IMG/VR virus record: IMGVR_UViG_3300030108_003783 | Coordinates: 69,731-133,730 of that record | DNA from: a virus | Strand: one strand, 5' to 3' | Length of the DNA: 64,000 bases | In this document: piece by piece, positions 8,840-18,044 of the stretch | Layout of the letters: every line of letters starts with the position of its first letter | Numbering within the stretch: the stretch's first letter is position 1 | Program-made: the position numbers and the translations under genes | Notes under the pieces: model-generated | What the model saw: only the letters and a program-made list of their open reading frames with translations | Databases searched by the model: none | Told to the model about the DNA's origin: nothing

Positions 8840-10729
8840 ATGGGTTATACAAAATCAAACAATTTTTCTTCTTTCTGGTTAGATGGTTCTAACAATATAG
8901 ATATCCTAACTGGAGAAAAGATTTCAAGTGGTAAAGATTACATCAAAATGGCTTCAACATTAAAAGCTATCGGAAACTTTGTTAAAATCGTTTCTGGTAA
9001 TGATGTTAAAGTTGAATATAGCAATAGAGATGAATCTTACACAGATGGTAAAACAGTTACTATCACTTCAAAAGTAAACGGTAAATCATTTGATTCTACT
9101 GTTGGTCTTGCTTTACACGAAGGATCTCACGTTAAATTATCAGACTTTAGTTTACTTAAACATTTAATGAGTTACCAAGGTAAAGATTTATTAAAAACAA
9201 GATTTAATTTCGAAATCACTGATGATATGGAATTAAAAGGTTTATCAGTTATGATGCTTAAAGACCTTATCAATGTTATCGAGGATAGAAGAATCGATTA
9301 TCATATCTTTACTACTGCTCCAGGTTATCAAGGTTATTACAATGCTTTATACGATAGATACTTTCATGCTAAAGTAATAGATAAAGCTATATTATCTTCA
9401 GAGCATAGAGAAGAAAATATTCAATCTTACATGTTTAGAATTATTAATATAACTAATTCAAACAGAGATTTATCTGCTCTTAAAGGTTTAAAAGAAATTT
9501 ACAATATAATCGACCTTGCTAATATTTCAAGATTAAAAACAACAGGAGAGGTAATTGAAACAGCTATTAAGGTTTTCAAAGCTTTAGATAAATACATTCC
9601 AATTACAACACAAGATGGTGAATCAAAAACTACTGGTAAAGATAAAAAATCAGATTTATCTCCAAATGAAAAAAGCAAGTTAAAAAAAGCTATTCAAAAG
9701 CAAAAAGATTTCATCAGAAACAATATTCAAAAGTCTTCTATACGTAAATCAGAAAAGAATAAAATAAATGCTATTAATAGCTCAAAAGCTACATACGAAA
9801 AAGTTGGTGATCAATTTCAAAGTCACTGGCTTAAATCTTCTGGAGTTGATTGCTTAGTTGTTAGAAACATAAACAAAGCTGTTATCAATTCTAATATCTT
9901 TGAGACTATCAAATCAGAAGGTCATTACTATCACAGAACAAAAGACAATCAAGAATCTATCGATAGAGGTATTACATTAGGTACTCAGCTTGGTAGAAAG
10001 CTTCAAGTTAGAAATGATTCAAGAAGCTTACAATTCAATCGATTAAATCAAGGAAAGATTGATAAAAGAATGATTGCTTCAGCTGGTTTTGGTAATGAAA
10101 ATATATTTCAACAAGTTTTTATTGACAATCACAAAGATGCTAATGTTCATATTTCCATTGATGCTTCTGGTTCTATGTCAGGTACAAAATGGGACAAATC
10201 AATAACATCAGCAGTTGCTATTGCTAAAGCTGCTTCAATGGTTGGTAATTTAAATGTTACTATATCTTTCCGTTCAACAGAGCAACAAGGAAAGAAATAC
10301 ATTCCAGCTATTTTCATTGCTTACGATTCAAAGGTTGATAAAATTTCAAAGATTCAAAATCTATTTAAATACATCACTTGTCCTGGTACTACACCAGAAG
10401 GTTTATGCTTCGAAGCTATTCAAAGAGAAATCGTTCAATCTTCAAACAATTTAGATAGTTACTTCATAAACTTTTCAGATGGTGAACCTTATTTTGAAAA
10501 TGGACAAATTCAATACTGGGGAGATTCAGCTGCAAAACATACAGCAACTGAAATCAAAAAGTTTAGAGATAAAGGTATCAAAGTTTTATCTTACTTTATT
10601 ACTGGTTCTGATGAATCAACAACTTCATCCAATTTTAAAACTATGTACGGACCAGATGCTAGCAATGTTAACGTCAATAATCTTAATCAGTTAGCTAAAA
10701 CGCTTAACAATATGTTTATAGAGAAATAA
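8840..10729 (+). CDS. Metallopeptidase-like + vWA domain protein (CobT-like partner of MoxR AAA)
   Basis: LHEGSH, NVIEDRRID; C-terminal MIDAS DASGSM, GTTPE, FSDGEP. Confidence 0.8.
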   Translation: MGYTKSNNFSSFWLDGSNNIDILTGEKISSGKDYIKMASTLKAIGNFVKIVSGNDVKVEYSNRDESYTDGKTVTITSKVNGKSFDSTVGLALHEGSHVKLSDFSLLKHLMSYQGKDLLKTRFNFEITDDMELKGLSVMMLKDLINVIEDRRIDYHIFTTAPGYQGYYNALYDRYFHAKVIDKAILSSEHREENIQSYMFRIINITNSNRDLSALKGLKEIYNIIDLANISRLKTTGEVIETAIKVFKALDKYIPITTQDGESKTTGKDKKSDLSPNEKSKLKKAIQKQKDFIRNNIQKSSIRKSEKNKINAINSSKATYEKVGDQFQSHWLKSSGVDCLVVRNINKAVINSNIFETIKSEGHYYHRTKDNQESIDRGITLGTQLGRKLQVRNDSRSLQFNRLNQGKIDKRMIASAGFGNENIFQQVFIDNHKDANVHISIDASGSMSGTKWDKSITSAVAIAKAASMVGNLNVTISFRSTEQQGKKYIPAIFIAYDSKVDKISKIQNLFKYITCPGTTPEGLCFEAIQREIVQSSNNLDSYFINFSDGEPYFENGQIQYWGDSAAKHTATEIKKFRDKGIKVLSYFITGSDESTTSSNFKTMYGPDASNVNVNNLNQLAKTLNNMFIEK

Positions 10730-10731
10730 TT

Positions 10732-11076
10732 ATGAAAATAACAATTTGGATACATAAATCAGAAGCAATTTCTGGTAATATAACAAAATATCATACTCAT
10801 GGCCTTCCGCAAACTTCTAATTGGCCAGATTATGTTCAAGTGCAAATCTCTCAAGACGAATTTGCAAGGCTAGAAGATAACAATGTAGAATATGTTTCAG
10901 AAGAAGAAATGGATAAATTAGAAGCTAAATATGGTTCTGAAGAAATTCCTATGATTCACGAAAGAAATCCTGATACTGGAGATGTACGTTCTAGGCCAGC
11001 TTCATGGTATGTTGATCAATATAATAGAAATAGAGATCCAAAAGACCATATAACTCATAAAAGTCAAATAAAATGA
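10732..11076 (+). CDS. Hypothetical protein
   Basis: ORF packing. Confidence 0.65.
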   Translation: MKITIWIHKSEAISGNITKYHTHGLPQTSNWPDYVQVQISQDEFARLEDNNVEYVSEEEMDKLEAKYGSEEIPMIHERNPDTGDVRSRPASWYVDQYNRNRDPKDHITHKSQIK

Positions 11077-11432
11077 ATATAGAAAGAAAACAATATAAGC
11101 TTAGAGAATATAAAAAATTCTTAAACAGAAAGTTTAAAGGTATAGAAACTAAAATGGCACCAAATGGTGGTTTTTACGTTTCAGATTCAAAAGGTAATAA
11201 TTTAATAGGTAATAAATACCCAGACTTGGCTATATCACCAGACGTTTACACAGCATATAAAAATGCTTACATAGTAGAACATTGGAATAGAATGGAAGCA
11301 AGACAAGTCAAAGGTATTAGAAAAGATATTCAAAACAATACAGTTCAAGGTGGAGAAGGATTAGCAAAAGCTATACATGAATACTTTGAGGATGAATATG
11401 AAATGTATGACGAAGAAAATTTAAATGAGTAG
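11073..11432 (+). CDS. Hypothetical protein
   Basis: ORF packing. Confidence 0.65.
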   Translation: MNIERKQYKLREYKKFLNRKFKGIETKMAPNGGFYVSDSKGNNLIGNKYPDLAISPDVYTAYKNAYIVEHWNRMEARQVKGIRKDIQNNTVQGGEGLAKAIHEYFEDEYEMYDEENLNE

Positions 11433-12042
11433 TATACAAGGACCGAAAGGTAAAATAACAAAGCATCATCAAAGAGGTAGACCTTTAAGGTATTTACTTC
11501 AATCTGAAGTGGAAGAAGCTATGGAGAATACTAAATCTAATCTTGCTGCTTCTAAATGGTGTAAAGTTTCATTTACTACTTATAAAAAATATGCTTCAAA
11601 TTATTACGATGAAAATGGTGTTTCATTATATGAAAAACATAAAAATCAAACTGGTAGAGGTATATCACAGTTCAGAGAAGGACACCATGGTAATCAATAT
11701 CCATTAGAAGATATTTGCGAAGGAAAACATCCAGAATATCCTACATGGAAACTATTAAAAAGATTAATAAAGCATAAAGTAAAAGATGAATGCTGTGAAA
11801 TTTGTGGTTTTGCTGAAAAACGTAAAGGTGATGGTAAAGTTCCATTGATACTTGGTTTTGACGACAGAAACAAATTAAACAGGAAACTTAAAAATTTAAT
11901 AGTAATGTGCTACAATTGTTTCTTCATTCATCAGGGTAAATTAGCTGGAGGTAAGAATGCTCCATACCCACGCAAAAACAGCGCATTATTAAAAAAAGAT
12001 AATCTTGATGAGCAAGATTACGAAATGTTAAGAAATCTATAA
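11425..12042 (+). CDS. HNH-like Zn-binding protein (degenerate active site)
   Basis: CEICG..LILGFDDRNKLN..NLIVMCYNC. Confidence 0.55.
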   Translation: MSSIQGPKGKITKHHQRGRPLRYLLQSEVEEAMENTKSNLAASKWCKVSFTTYKKYASNYYDENGVSLYEKHKNQTGRGISQFREGHHGNQYPLEDICEGKHPEYPTWKLLKRLIKHKVKDECCEICGFAEKRKGDGKVPLILGFDDRNKLNRKLKNLIVMCYNCFFIHQGKLAGGKNAPYPRKNSALLKKDNLDEQDYEMLRNL

Positions 12043-12269
12043 TGAAAAGGGAATTAGTTATGTATTATTTAGGAAGAGTAGAATTCATCACGCTAATAGA
12101 CACAAAAGGTGGTGGCACAAAAGAAAAGAAAACAAGAAGACAATATTTAGTAAATGCAATGACTTGCACAGAAGCTGAAGCAAAGATTGTAGAGCAATTG
12201 AAAGATTCAGTTGAAGATTACGAAATAAAAGGTGTTCAACAGTCAAAAATTATTGAAGTTTTTGAATAA
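12042..12269 (+). CDS. DUF4494-like protein
   Basis: QYLVNAMTCTEAEAKI resembles the Bacteroidota YLVDAxSxTEAE motif. Confidence 0.55.
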   Translation: MKRELVMYYLGRVEFITLIDTKGGGTKEKKTRRQYLVNAMTCTEAEAKIVEQLKDSVEDYEIKGVQQSKIIEVFE

Positions 12270-12387
12270 AAACTGTTTGAACTTGATATTTATCTACGAG
12301 GATCCGGGGAAAAGATAATACTAACCGGACCTTAAATTAAGTATACTGGATGGGTATTTAATTTTTAAAACATTTTAGGAGTTTATT

Positions 12388-12804
12388 ATGACAAGATTAC
12401 AATTTCACGAGCGGTTGTTTCCAACCGACCTTCTGTTCAAAAATTTCTTTGAAACAGATTCACACTTTCAATCTCATGCTGAAATAAAACCGAACTATCC
12501 TTGCGATTTGTTCACAGACGATGACGGTTTACATATTGAGATTGCTGCAGTTGGTATTAATAAAAAGGATATCAAAATAGAAACAGCAGAAAATCAAATT
12601 AAGGTTATTTATGATAAGACTGGTGATGACCCATCAGTCGATTATATTCATAGAGGTATTGCTAGAAGATCTTTTAACTTAGGGTGGAAGATATCTCCAA
12701 AATTTAACTTGAATAGAGTTAAAGCTGATATGAATAATGGGTTACTTTCAATCTTCATTCCAATTGCTGATGAAGCTAAACCGAAAGCAATTACAATAGG
12801 ATAA
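12388..12804 (+). CDS. Small heat-shock protein Hsp20/IbpA-like
   Basis: YIHRGIARRSF, ADMNNGLLSIFIP..KPKAITI. Confidence 0.9.
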   Translation: MTRLQFHERLFPTDLLFKNFFETDSHFQSHAEIKPNYPCDLFTDDDGLHIEIAAVGINKKDIKIETAENQIKVIYDKTGDDPSVDYIHRGIARRSFNLGWKISPKFNLNRVKADMNNGLLSIFIPIADEAKPKAITIG

Positions 12805-12855
12805 TAATATCCGCAATACCCATCCGGTATTAGTTATATAAAAAAGGAAATAGTT

Positions 12856-13026
12856 ATGGAATTAACAGCAATAATAATTTTTGGAATAGCATGTTTTGCA
12901 TTAGGAATGTATTTTACTACACAAATTTCTGAATGGATAAGCGACAGAACACAGCACAAAAAATTTATAAAGAATTTAGAGAATTATGGCAAAGAAAAGA
13001 ACACTAGACGAACTAAGACAAAGTAA
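12856..13026 (+). CDS. Small single-TM protein (56 aa)
   Basis: Manual translation MELTAIIIFGIACFALG..; AAGGA upstream. Confidence 0.5.
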   Translation: MELTAIIIFGIACFALGMYFTTQISEWISDRTQHKKFIKNLENYGKEKNTRRTKTK

Positions 13027-13465
13027 AACTTTCGGTTATAAAGCTCCAATCTCCAAAAGACAAAAGAAACTAGATGAGACATATATTAAAATGGCTGAAA
13101 TCTGGTCAAAACAATCTCATTGCGAAAGAGCTCAAGTTGGAGCATTAATAGTTAAAGACAAAATGATAATCTCAGACGGATATAATGGAATGCCATCTGG
13201 CTTTAAAAACACTTGTGAAATGGGAGATTCAACAAGATGGGAAGTTTTACATGCAGAAGCAAATGCAATTTTAAAATGTGCTAAACATGGTAAATCTTGC
13301 GATGGAGCTACATTATATTTAACTATGAGTCCATGTAGAGATTGTAGTAAATTAATACATCAAGCAGGCATTATTCGAGTTGTATACAAAGATGAATATA
13401 GAGAAAGAGCTGGTATTGATTTTTTACAATCTGCTGGCGTAATTGTTGATAAAATATTTGGATAA
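12986..13465 (+). CDS. dCMP deaminase
   Basis: GYNGMPSG, HAEANA, SPCRDC. Confidence 0.92.
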   Translation: MAKKRTLDELRQSKTFGYKAPISKRQKKLDETYIKMAEIWSKQSHCERAQVGALIVKDKMIISDGYNGMPSGFKNTCEMGDSTRWEVLHAEANAILKCAKHGKSCDGATLYLTMSPCRDCSKLIHQAGIIRVVYKDEYRERAGIDFLQSAGVIVDKIFG

Positions 13466-13507
13466 GTCGCAAAATTTTCTTATATTTATATTATATAAGA
13501 GGAAAAC

Positions 13508-13669
13508 ATGATAACGTATTTATTAATAGGTATATTGCTAATGTGGATAATAGAGATAGGCTCACCTTATCTTTGGACCATTCAAGAAAGAATCGGTATA
13601 ATTTTACTTTGGCCTTTTGCTGCAATGATTATGCTAAACGCACTTTGGAAGAGATTTAATGATGAATGA
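13508..13669 (+). CDS. Small membrane protein (53 aa)
   Basis: Manual translation MITYLLIG..LLWPFAA; follows promoter 13457. Confidence 0.5.
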   Translation: MITYLLIGILLMWIIEIGSPYLWTIQERIGIILLWPFAAMIMLNALWKRFNDE

Positions 13670-13793
13670 AATAGATAAACTAAAGATAAAAATAGTTAAT
13701 TCTAAATTAGCAAATAAACCTTTTGGATACATCAGAATGTTACAACAAAAATTAGATAAACTAATAAGGGCCAAAAAAGATGGGACATTATGA
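13662..13793 (+). CDS. Small hypothetical protein (43 aa)
   Basis: Manual translation; overlaps both neighbours. Confidence 0.4.
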   Translation: MNEIDKLKIKIVNSKLANKPFGYIRMLQQKLDKLIRAKKDGTL

Positions 13794-13977
13794 AGATTTA
13801 TTTTACGAAATTACAGAATCTTTAAATAATTTAGGATTGAGACAACAATTCGATGATCAACTAGAAAAGATGAGATATCAAGATAAACATCGTTATAAAG
13901 AAACCCGAGATAAATGGGATTATGCATATAATAAAGTTATAAAAAAATATGAAAACAAAAGAAATAAAAAAATTTAA
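13780..13977 (+). CDS. Hypothetical protein
   Basis: ORF packing. Confidence 0.6.
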   Translation: MGHYEDLFYEITESLNNLGLRQQFDDQLEKMRYQDKHRYKETRDKWDYAYNKVIKKYENKRNKKI

Positions 13978-14341
13978 AAGACGCAGAGCACTAGTCTGCA
14001 AGATGGTAAGAAAATCTGTATCCAATCCAGAATACTTTAGATATGAAGTAACAGTTGGAGAATTAGATGGAACAATTACTAAGCACCCAGTTTATGGGAA
14101 AGATATGCAAGACGCAATATCAAGGCTTATCAATAAAGAAAGAACCGAAAAGATAGAAAAGAAAATGGAAAAGAATCCATTAATATTCTTTTTAATATGG
14201 ATGCTCGTAATGGCTATTCCAGTTATATGGCACGGAGATCTGACTTATACTCCTTGGTTCATATTATACATGTTTGCAACTTTTACTGCAATGTTTGCAT
14301 TTGCAGGATGGTGGCAAAGTTATTTAGAAAAAGGAAAATAA
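13949..14341 (+). CDS. Membrane protein with two C-terminal TM helices
   Basis: Hydropathy. Confidence 0.65.
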   Translation: MKTKEIKKFKRRRALVCKMVRKSVSNPEYFRYEVTVGELDGTITKHPVYGKDMQDAISRLINKERTEKIEKKMEKNPLIFFLIWMLVMAIPVIWHGDLTYTPWFILYMFATFTAMFAFAGWWQSYLEKGK

Positions 14342-14575
14342 ATGAAAATATCAACAGCATTAGCAGTATTAGGATTAGCAATATTCTTCATACTAATATT
14401 AGTATTAGAAATCATGTCAGCACCTACAGCTGAAGACAATGAAGATGGAACAGAAAAAATACCACCACTAACAAGAGAACAAGAAAGATATCAATTTGCA
14501 TCAAAGATGTGTTTTTATGGTATATTAGGTATGGTATTCACAATAGTAATAACAGCATTAGAATCTTGCAATTAA
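14342..14575 (+). CDS. Two-TM membrane protein
   Basis: Hydropathy. Confidence 0.6.
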   Translation: MKISTALAVLGLAIFFILILVLEIMSAPTAEDNEDGTEKIPPLTREQERYQFASKMCFYGILGMVFTIVITALESCN

Positions 14576-14632
14576 CCCCACGCGTATATAATAACTTGGT
14601 TGCGCAATAGGTGCAAGCACCAGATAAAAATT

Positions 14633-14821
14633 ATGAAAAGTGTAAAGATAAAATTTTCTCAACCCGTTAAGTTAAATAAGGATGATGCCGTAAAGGAAGT
14701 TATAGTTGATGGTGATGGACATAACACAATTGAAAGAAATGTACAATATGTATTGTGTAATGCAATGAGTGATATGAAATATCAAGGACTAAAATCATTT
14801 ACAGTAGAATATATAGATTAA
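14633..14821 (+). CDS. Hypothetical protein
   Basis: ATG start preferred over TTG 14600. Confidence 0.55.
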   Translation: MKSVKIKFSQPVKLNKDDAVKEVIVDGDGHNTIERNVQYVLCNAMSDMKYQGLKSFTVEYID

Positions 14822-14822
14822 T

Positions 14823-15146
14823 ATGAAAAGAAAAGTTTGGACAGTAGAAAACAGTGATATTCATGGAAAAGGAATACATGCAATCATGGATATAGCAAAA
14901 GAACAATCGCTAGGCATTGCATATACATTAATAGGAAAAGTAAACGACAATCATATTGCAGGAGAAATACATGAACTTGGAATGTATGTAAATCACAGTA
15001 AAATGCCTTCAGCACAACCAAGATTATCAGGAACATCAGTGATACTGGTGTCATTGCATAAAATTAAATCGCAATCAGAAATAACAGTTAATTACAACGA
15101 TTTTGTAAAATTAGGAATAGTAAATTTAGAGAGACCATCATGGTAA
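14823..15146 (+). CDS. SET-domain protein (putative lysine methyltransferase)
   Basis: SDIHGKGIHA, YVNHSKMP, EITVNY. Confidence 0.8.
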   Translation: MKRKVWTVENSDIHGKGIHAIMDIAKEQSLGIAYTLIGKVNDNHIAGEIHELGMYVNHSKMPSAQPRLSGTSVILVSLHKIKSQSEITVNYNDFVKLGIVNLERPSW

Positions 15147-15334
15147 ATTGGAATTCAAAAAAACATGCTTATACACCAATACACACAGACAGTGTAAAAG
15201 ACATGGCAAGAAAAGCAAAGTATCTTCAATCATTGGGTATTAGTATAGACAGTATAGCAATCATGCTTGATCGCAGTAAATCTCGGGTATACGAGTACCT
15301 GAAGCCTCAATTAAATAATACACACAAGCTATAG
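15140..15334 (+). CDS. Small HTH DNA-binding protein
   Basis: GISIDSIAIMLDRSKSRVYEYL. Confidence 0.65.
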   Translation: MVNWNSKKHAYTPIHTDSVKDMARKAKYLQSLGISIDSIAIMLDRSKSRVYEYLKPQLNNTHKL

Positions 15335-15641
15335 GTAATGGCGTTTATTATATAAGAGTATAGCTATATATGAATATACAAAGGCTGAAAATAATTTGCT
15401 AAATAATCTAAAAATGCTGGGCCGTGTGTCCCGAGAATAGCTTTTTTTTGCCGGCTAACACAGTTATTTTAGGCCCAAATAGGCTAAGGCCATACGGGAT
15501 ACCAAGGTCATACACACGCTTATATGAGCTAATACACCGATGCCAAATTGTCATAGAGGTTTTGACAAATTGTCACCTAAAAAATTTTTTTATGTCGAAA
15601 ATTTTTCTTATATTTATATATAAATTAAAACATTCATCACT

Positions 15642-15827
15642 ATGACAAACGTATTTGCTTTAATCGGTGCTACCTTATCTTTCTTTACTGCGTATCTTAC
15701 AGGTACTGGAAAGATCTTACAAATAATTTCTTTTGCTGATCCTTTAAATGAAATGGGATTCTTTATTGCTTGTATTATGCTTGGCACTTGTTGTTTATTT
15801 TCAATTGAAACTAAAAAGAATTGTTAA
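15642..15827 (+). CDS. Early two-TM membrane protein
   Basis: Follows operator+promoter; hydrophobic. Confidence 0.6.
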   Translation: MTNVFALIGATLSFFTAYLTGTGKILQIISFADPLNEMGFFIACIMLGTCCLFSIETKKNC

Positions 15828-15926
15828 TAACTTTACTAATATTGTTAATAACTAACCGCTAAAATATTTGGATATGTCGAATATTTGTCTTATATTTATA
15901 CTATAATTAATTAAACACTACACTAC

Positions 15927-17126
15927 ATGAAGTACATTTTAAAAATTAATGATGTTACCGAAACAGTAAACTGCTCTGTTGGTAAACATACATTTAGCTT
16001 TCCTCAACCGTTAGCTATTAAAAAAGCAAAAGCAGCTTTAAGAAAAGGCAACAACTTAACCGTTGATGCTACTACTATAGAGTCTAAAGCTTTTGGGACT
16101 AGCTCTCAAAAAGTTAGCACATTCAAAAAAGTTCCAAAGGACTTAGAGCCTTTCTGGAACGAATATACTCCTCCGGTTAATCAAGAACATGCAGATATGA
16201 TGTCATTCATACACAATGATTCTGTTGCTCTTAGACCTTCGCTATTAATGCTACCAGATCTTAAATGGAAATATTTAATAAGGTCTGCAATGAGAGGAAA
16301 GAATATTATGATGACTGGAGCTGCTGGTTCCGGTAAAACAATGGCCGCTAAGGCACTGGCTAATTCATTAGATAGACCAGAGTTCTATTTCAATCTAGGT
16401 GCTACTCAAGATCCTAGAGCTACATTAGTTGGTAATACTCACTTCTCTAAAGATTCAGGGACTTTCTTCTCAGAGAGCTCTTTCGTCAAAGCTATTCAAA
16501 CACCTGATGCTATTATTCTACTAGACGAGTTATCAAGAGCTCACCCTGAAGCTTGGAATATACTAATGACAGTATTAGACCCAGGTCAAAGATACTTAAG
16601 ATTAGATGAAGCAAAGGACTCACCTACTATTCAGGTTGCTAAGGGAGTTTGCTTTATCGCTACTGCTAATATAGGAAATGAATATACCTCAACAAGAGTT
16701 ATAGATAGAGCCTTATTAGACAGATTTACAATTATTGAAATGGACCTTCTTTCAAAAGAAAAAGAAGAAAGCCTTTTACTTCAAATGTTTCCAGAAGCAG
16801 ACAAAGACATGATTGCTAATATAGCTTCCATAGTATCTGCTACTAGAGATGAAATGAAAACTGAAATACCACGTATTAGTACATCAGTTTCAACAAGAGC
16901 TTCAGTTGAATTTGCTTCTTTATGTTATGATGGCTTCTCACTCGAGGAAGCTGCATCGGTTACAGTATATCCATTATACGATGATGCTGGTGGTCTTGAT
17001 TCTGAAAGAACATTCATCAAACAGCTAGTTCAAAAGTTCATACCTGCTAATACGGATGAAAATTTATTTAATACTGAGTCTGAAGAGGAATTATTCACTG
17101 AAGACGATATAAATCAAACAAGTTAA
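15927..17126 (+). CDS. MoxR/CbbQ/CobS-like AAA+ ATPase
   Basis: GAAGSGKT, ILLDELSRA, ATANIG, DRALLDRF, STR. Confidence 0.88.
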   Translation: MKYILKINDVTETVNCSVGKHTFSFPQPLAIKKAKAALRKGNNLTVDATTIESKAFGTSSQKVSTFKKVPKDLEPFWNEYTPPVNQEHADMMSFIHNDSVALRPSLLMLPDLKWKYLIRSAMRGKNIMMTGAAGSGKTMAAKALANSLDRPEFYFNLGATQDPRATLVGNTHFSKDSGTFFSESSFVKAIQTPDAIILLDELSRAHPEAWNILMTVLDPGQRYLRLDEAKDSPTIQVAKGVCFIATANIGNEYTSTRVIDRALLDRFTIIEMDLLSKEKEESLLLQMFPEADKDMIANIASIVSATRDEMKTEIPRISTSVSTRASVEFASLCYDGFSLEEAASVTVYPLYDDAGGLDSERTFIKQLVQKFIPANTDENLFNTESEEELFTEDDINQTS

Positions 17127-17315
17127 TCATGTAGTGATGATTGATCCGAAGAGAGCTTACAGCCCCCAAAAAAGTTTTTTGTAAGCTACTCTTTGGGTTG
17201 TATAGGGGAGGGCGTTAGGCCGTTTATATGCCGAGCTCCAATTTTTTACCCGGGGAATTTACTTTCCACCACTATAAGTAATACTTAATAAAATAATATA
17301 CTAAATAATATACGC

Positions 17316-17570
17316 ATGCTAAATAATAAAATACACGAGAAAAGGAAGTACAGAGTAGAAGGAATATTTTGGATACCAGGATATAAAGACTTTGATTTCC
17401 ACGATTTCGAAATAGAAGCTTACAATAAGCGTCAAGCAAAAGCAAAAGCTAAATTACATCCTATGTGGCAATTGGCTAAGAAGCCACCTGCGATTAGCAG
17501 GATATACACTAACCATGAAATACTAGAAAGCATGGCGGATGATTATTGTAATTCAGATATAAACAGATAA
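17316..17570 (+). CDS. Hypothetical protein
   Basis: ORF. Confidence 0.6.
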   Translation: MLNNKIHEKRKYRVEGIFWIPGYKDFDFHDFEIEAYNKRQAKAKAKLHPMWQLAKKPPAISRIYTNHEILESMADDYCNSDINR

Positions 17571-17580
17571 TAAAATTAAT

Positions 17581-17844
17581 ATGAAAAAAACTACTGCACA
17601 ATACCTATTCGATAAATTTGAAAAGCTGGAAACAGCATTAAAAGCACAGGGAGAATCAAACCCTGAATGGTTAAACAATGCCCTACTTGTATTTAATAAA
17701 CATATACAATTAGATACCATGAAGCAATGCTCTGATGCTTTACATGCTCAATACGATTTTGCAGCTTTTGGTACCCTTAGAGATTACATGGTTAAAGCTA
17801 ATTCTTTATGGAAAGAAGTTAGAGTACATCCTATGTTTAAGTAA
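17581..17844 (+). CDS. Hypothetical protein
   Basis: ORF. Confidence 0.6.
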   Translation: MKKTTAQYLFDKFEKLETALKAQGESNPEWLNNALLVFNKHIQLDTMKQCSDALHAQYDFAAFGTLRDYMVKANSLWKEVRVHPMFK

Positions 17845-18044
17845 TGATTAATTACAAGGTTATTAATATAAACGGTAAGCTTTACAAGATCAAGCGTATA
17901 TTGCCTGTGAAACGTATAAAGATGATTGATGGCTGGGCTGAAGTTCTGCGAACCCTTTATGTTGCCGATATTATATTTAAGCAAAAAGATCAATTGTATA
18001 TATGCGAAAACATAGATGACATAGATTACGACCCTATACCCTAA
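17844..18044 (+). CDS. Hypothetical protein
   Basis: TAATG coupling. Confidence 0.6.
   Translation: MINYKVININGKLYKIKRILPVKRIKMIDGWAEVLRTLYVADIIFKQKDQLYICENIDDIDYDPIP

Noticed and set aside
14597-14622. TGGTTGCGC/GTGCAAGCACCA hairpin as an ncRNA
   Set aside because: Short and imperfect; no support beyond a possible processing or termination hairpin
15424-15645. 73-aa GTG-start ORF
   Set aside because: Runs through operators and a promoter; atypical composition
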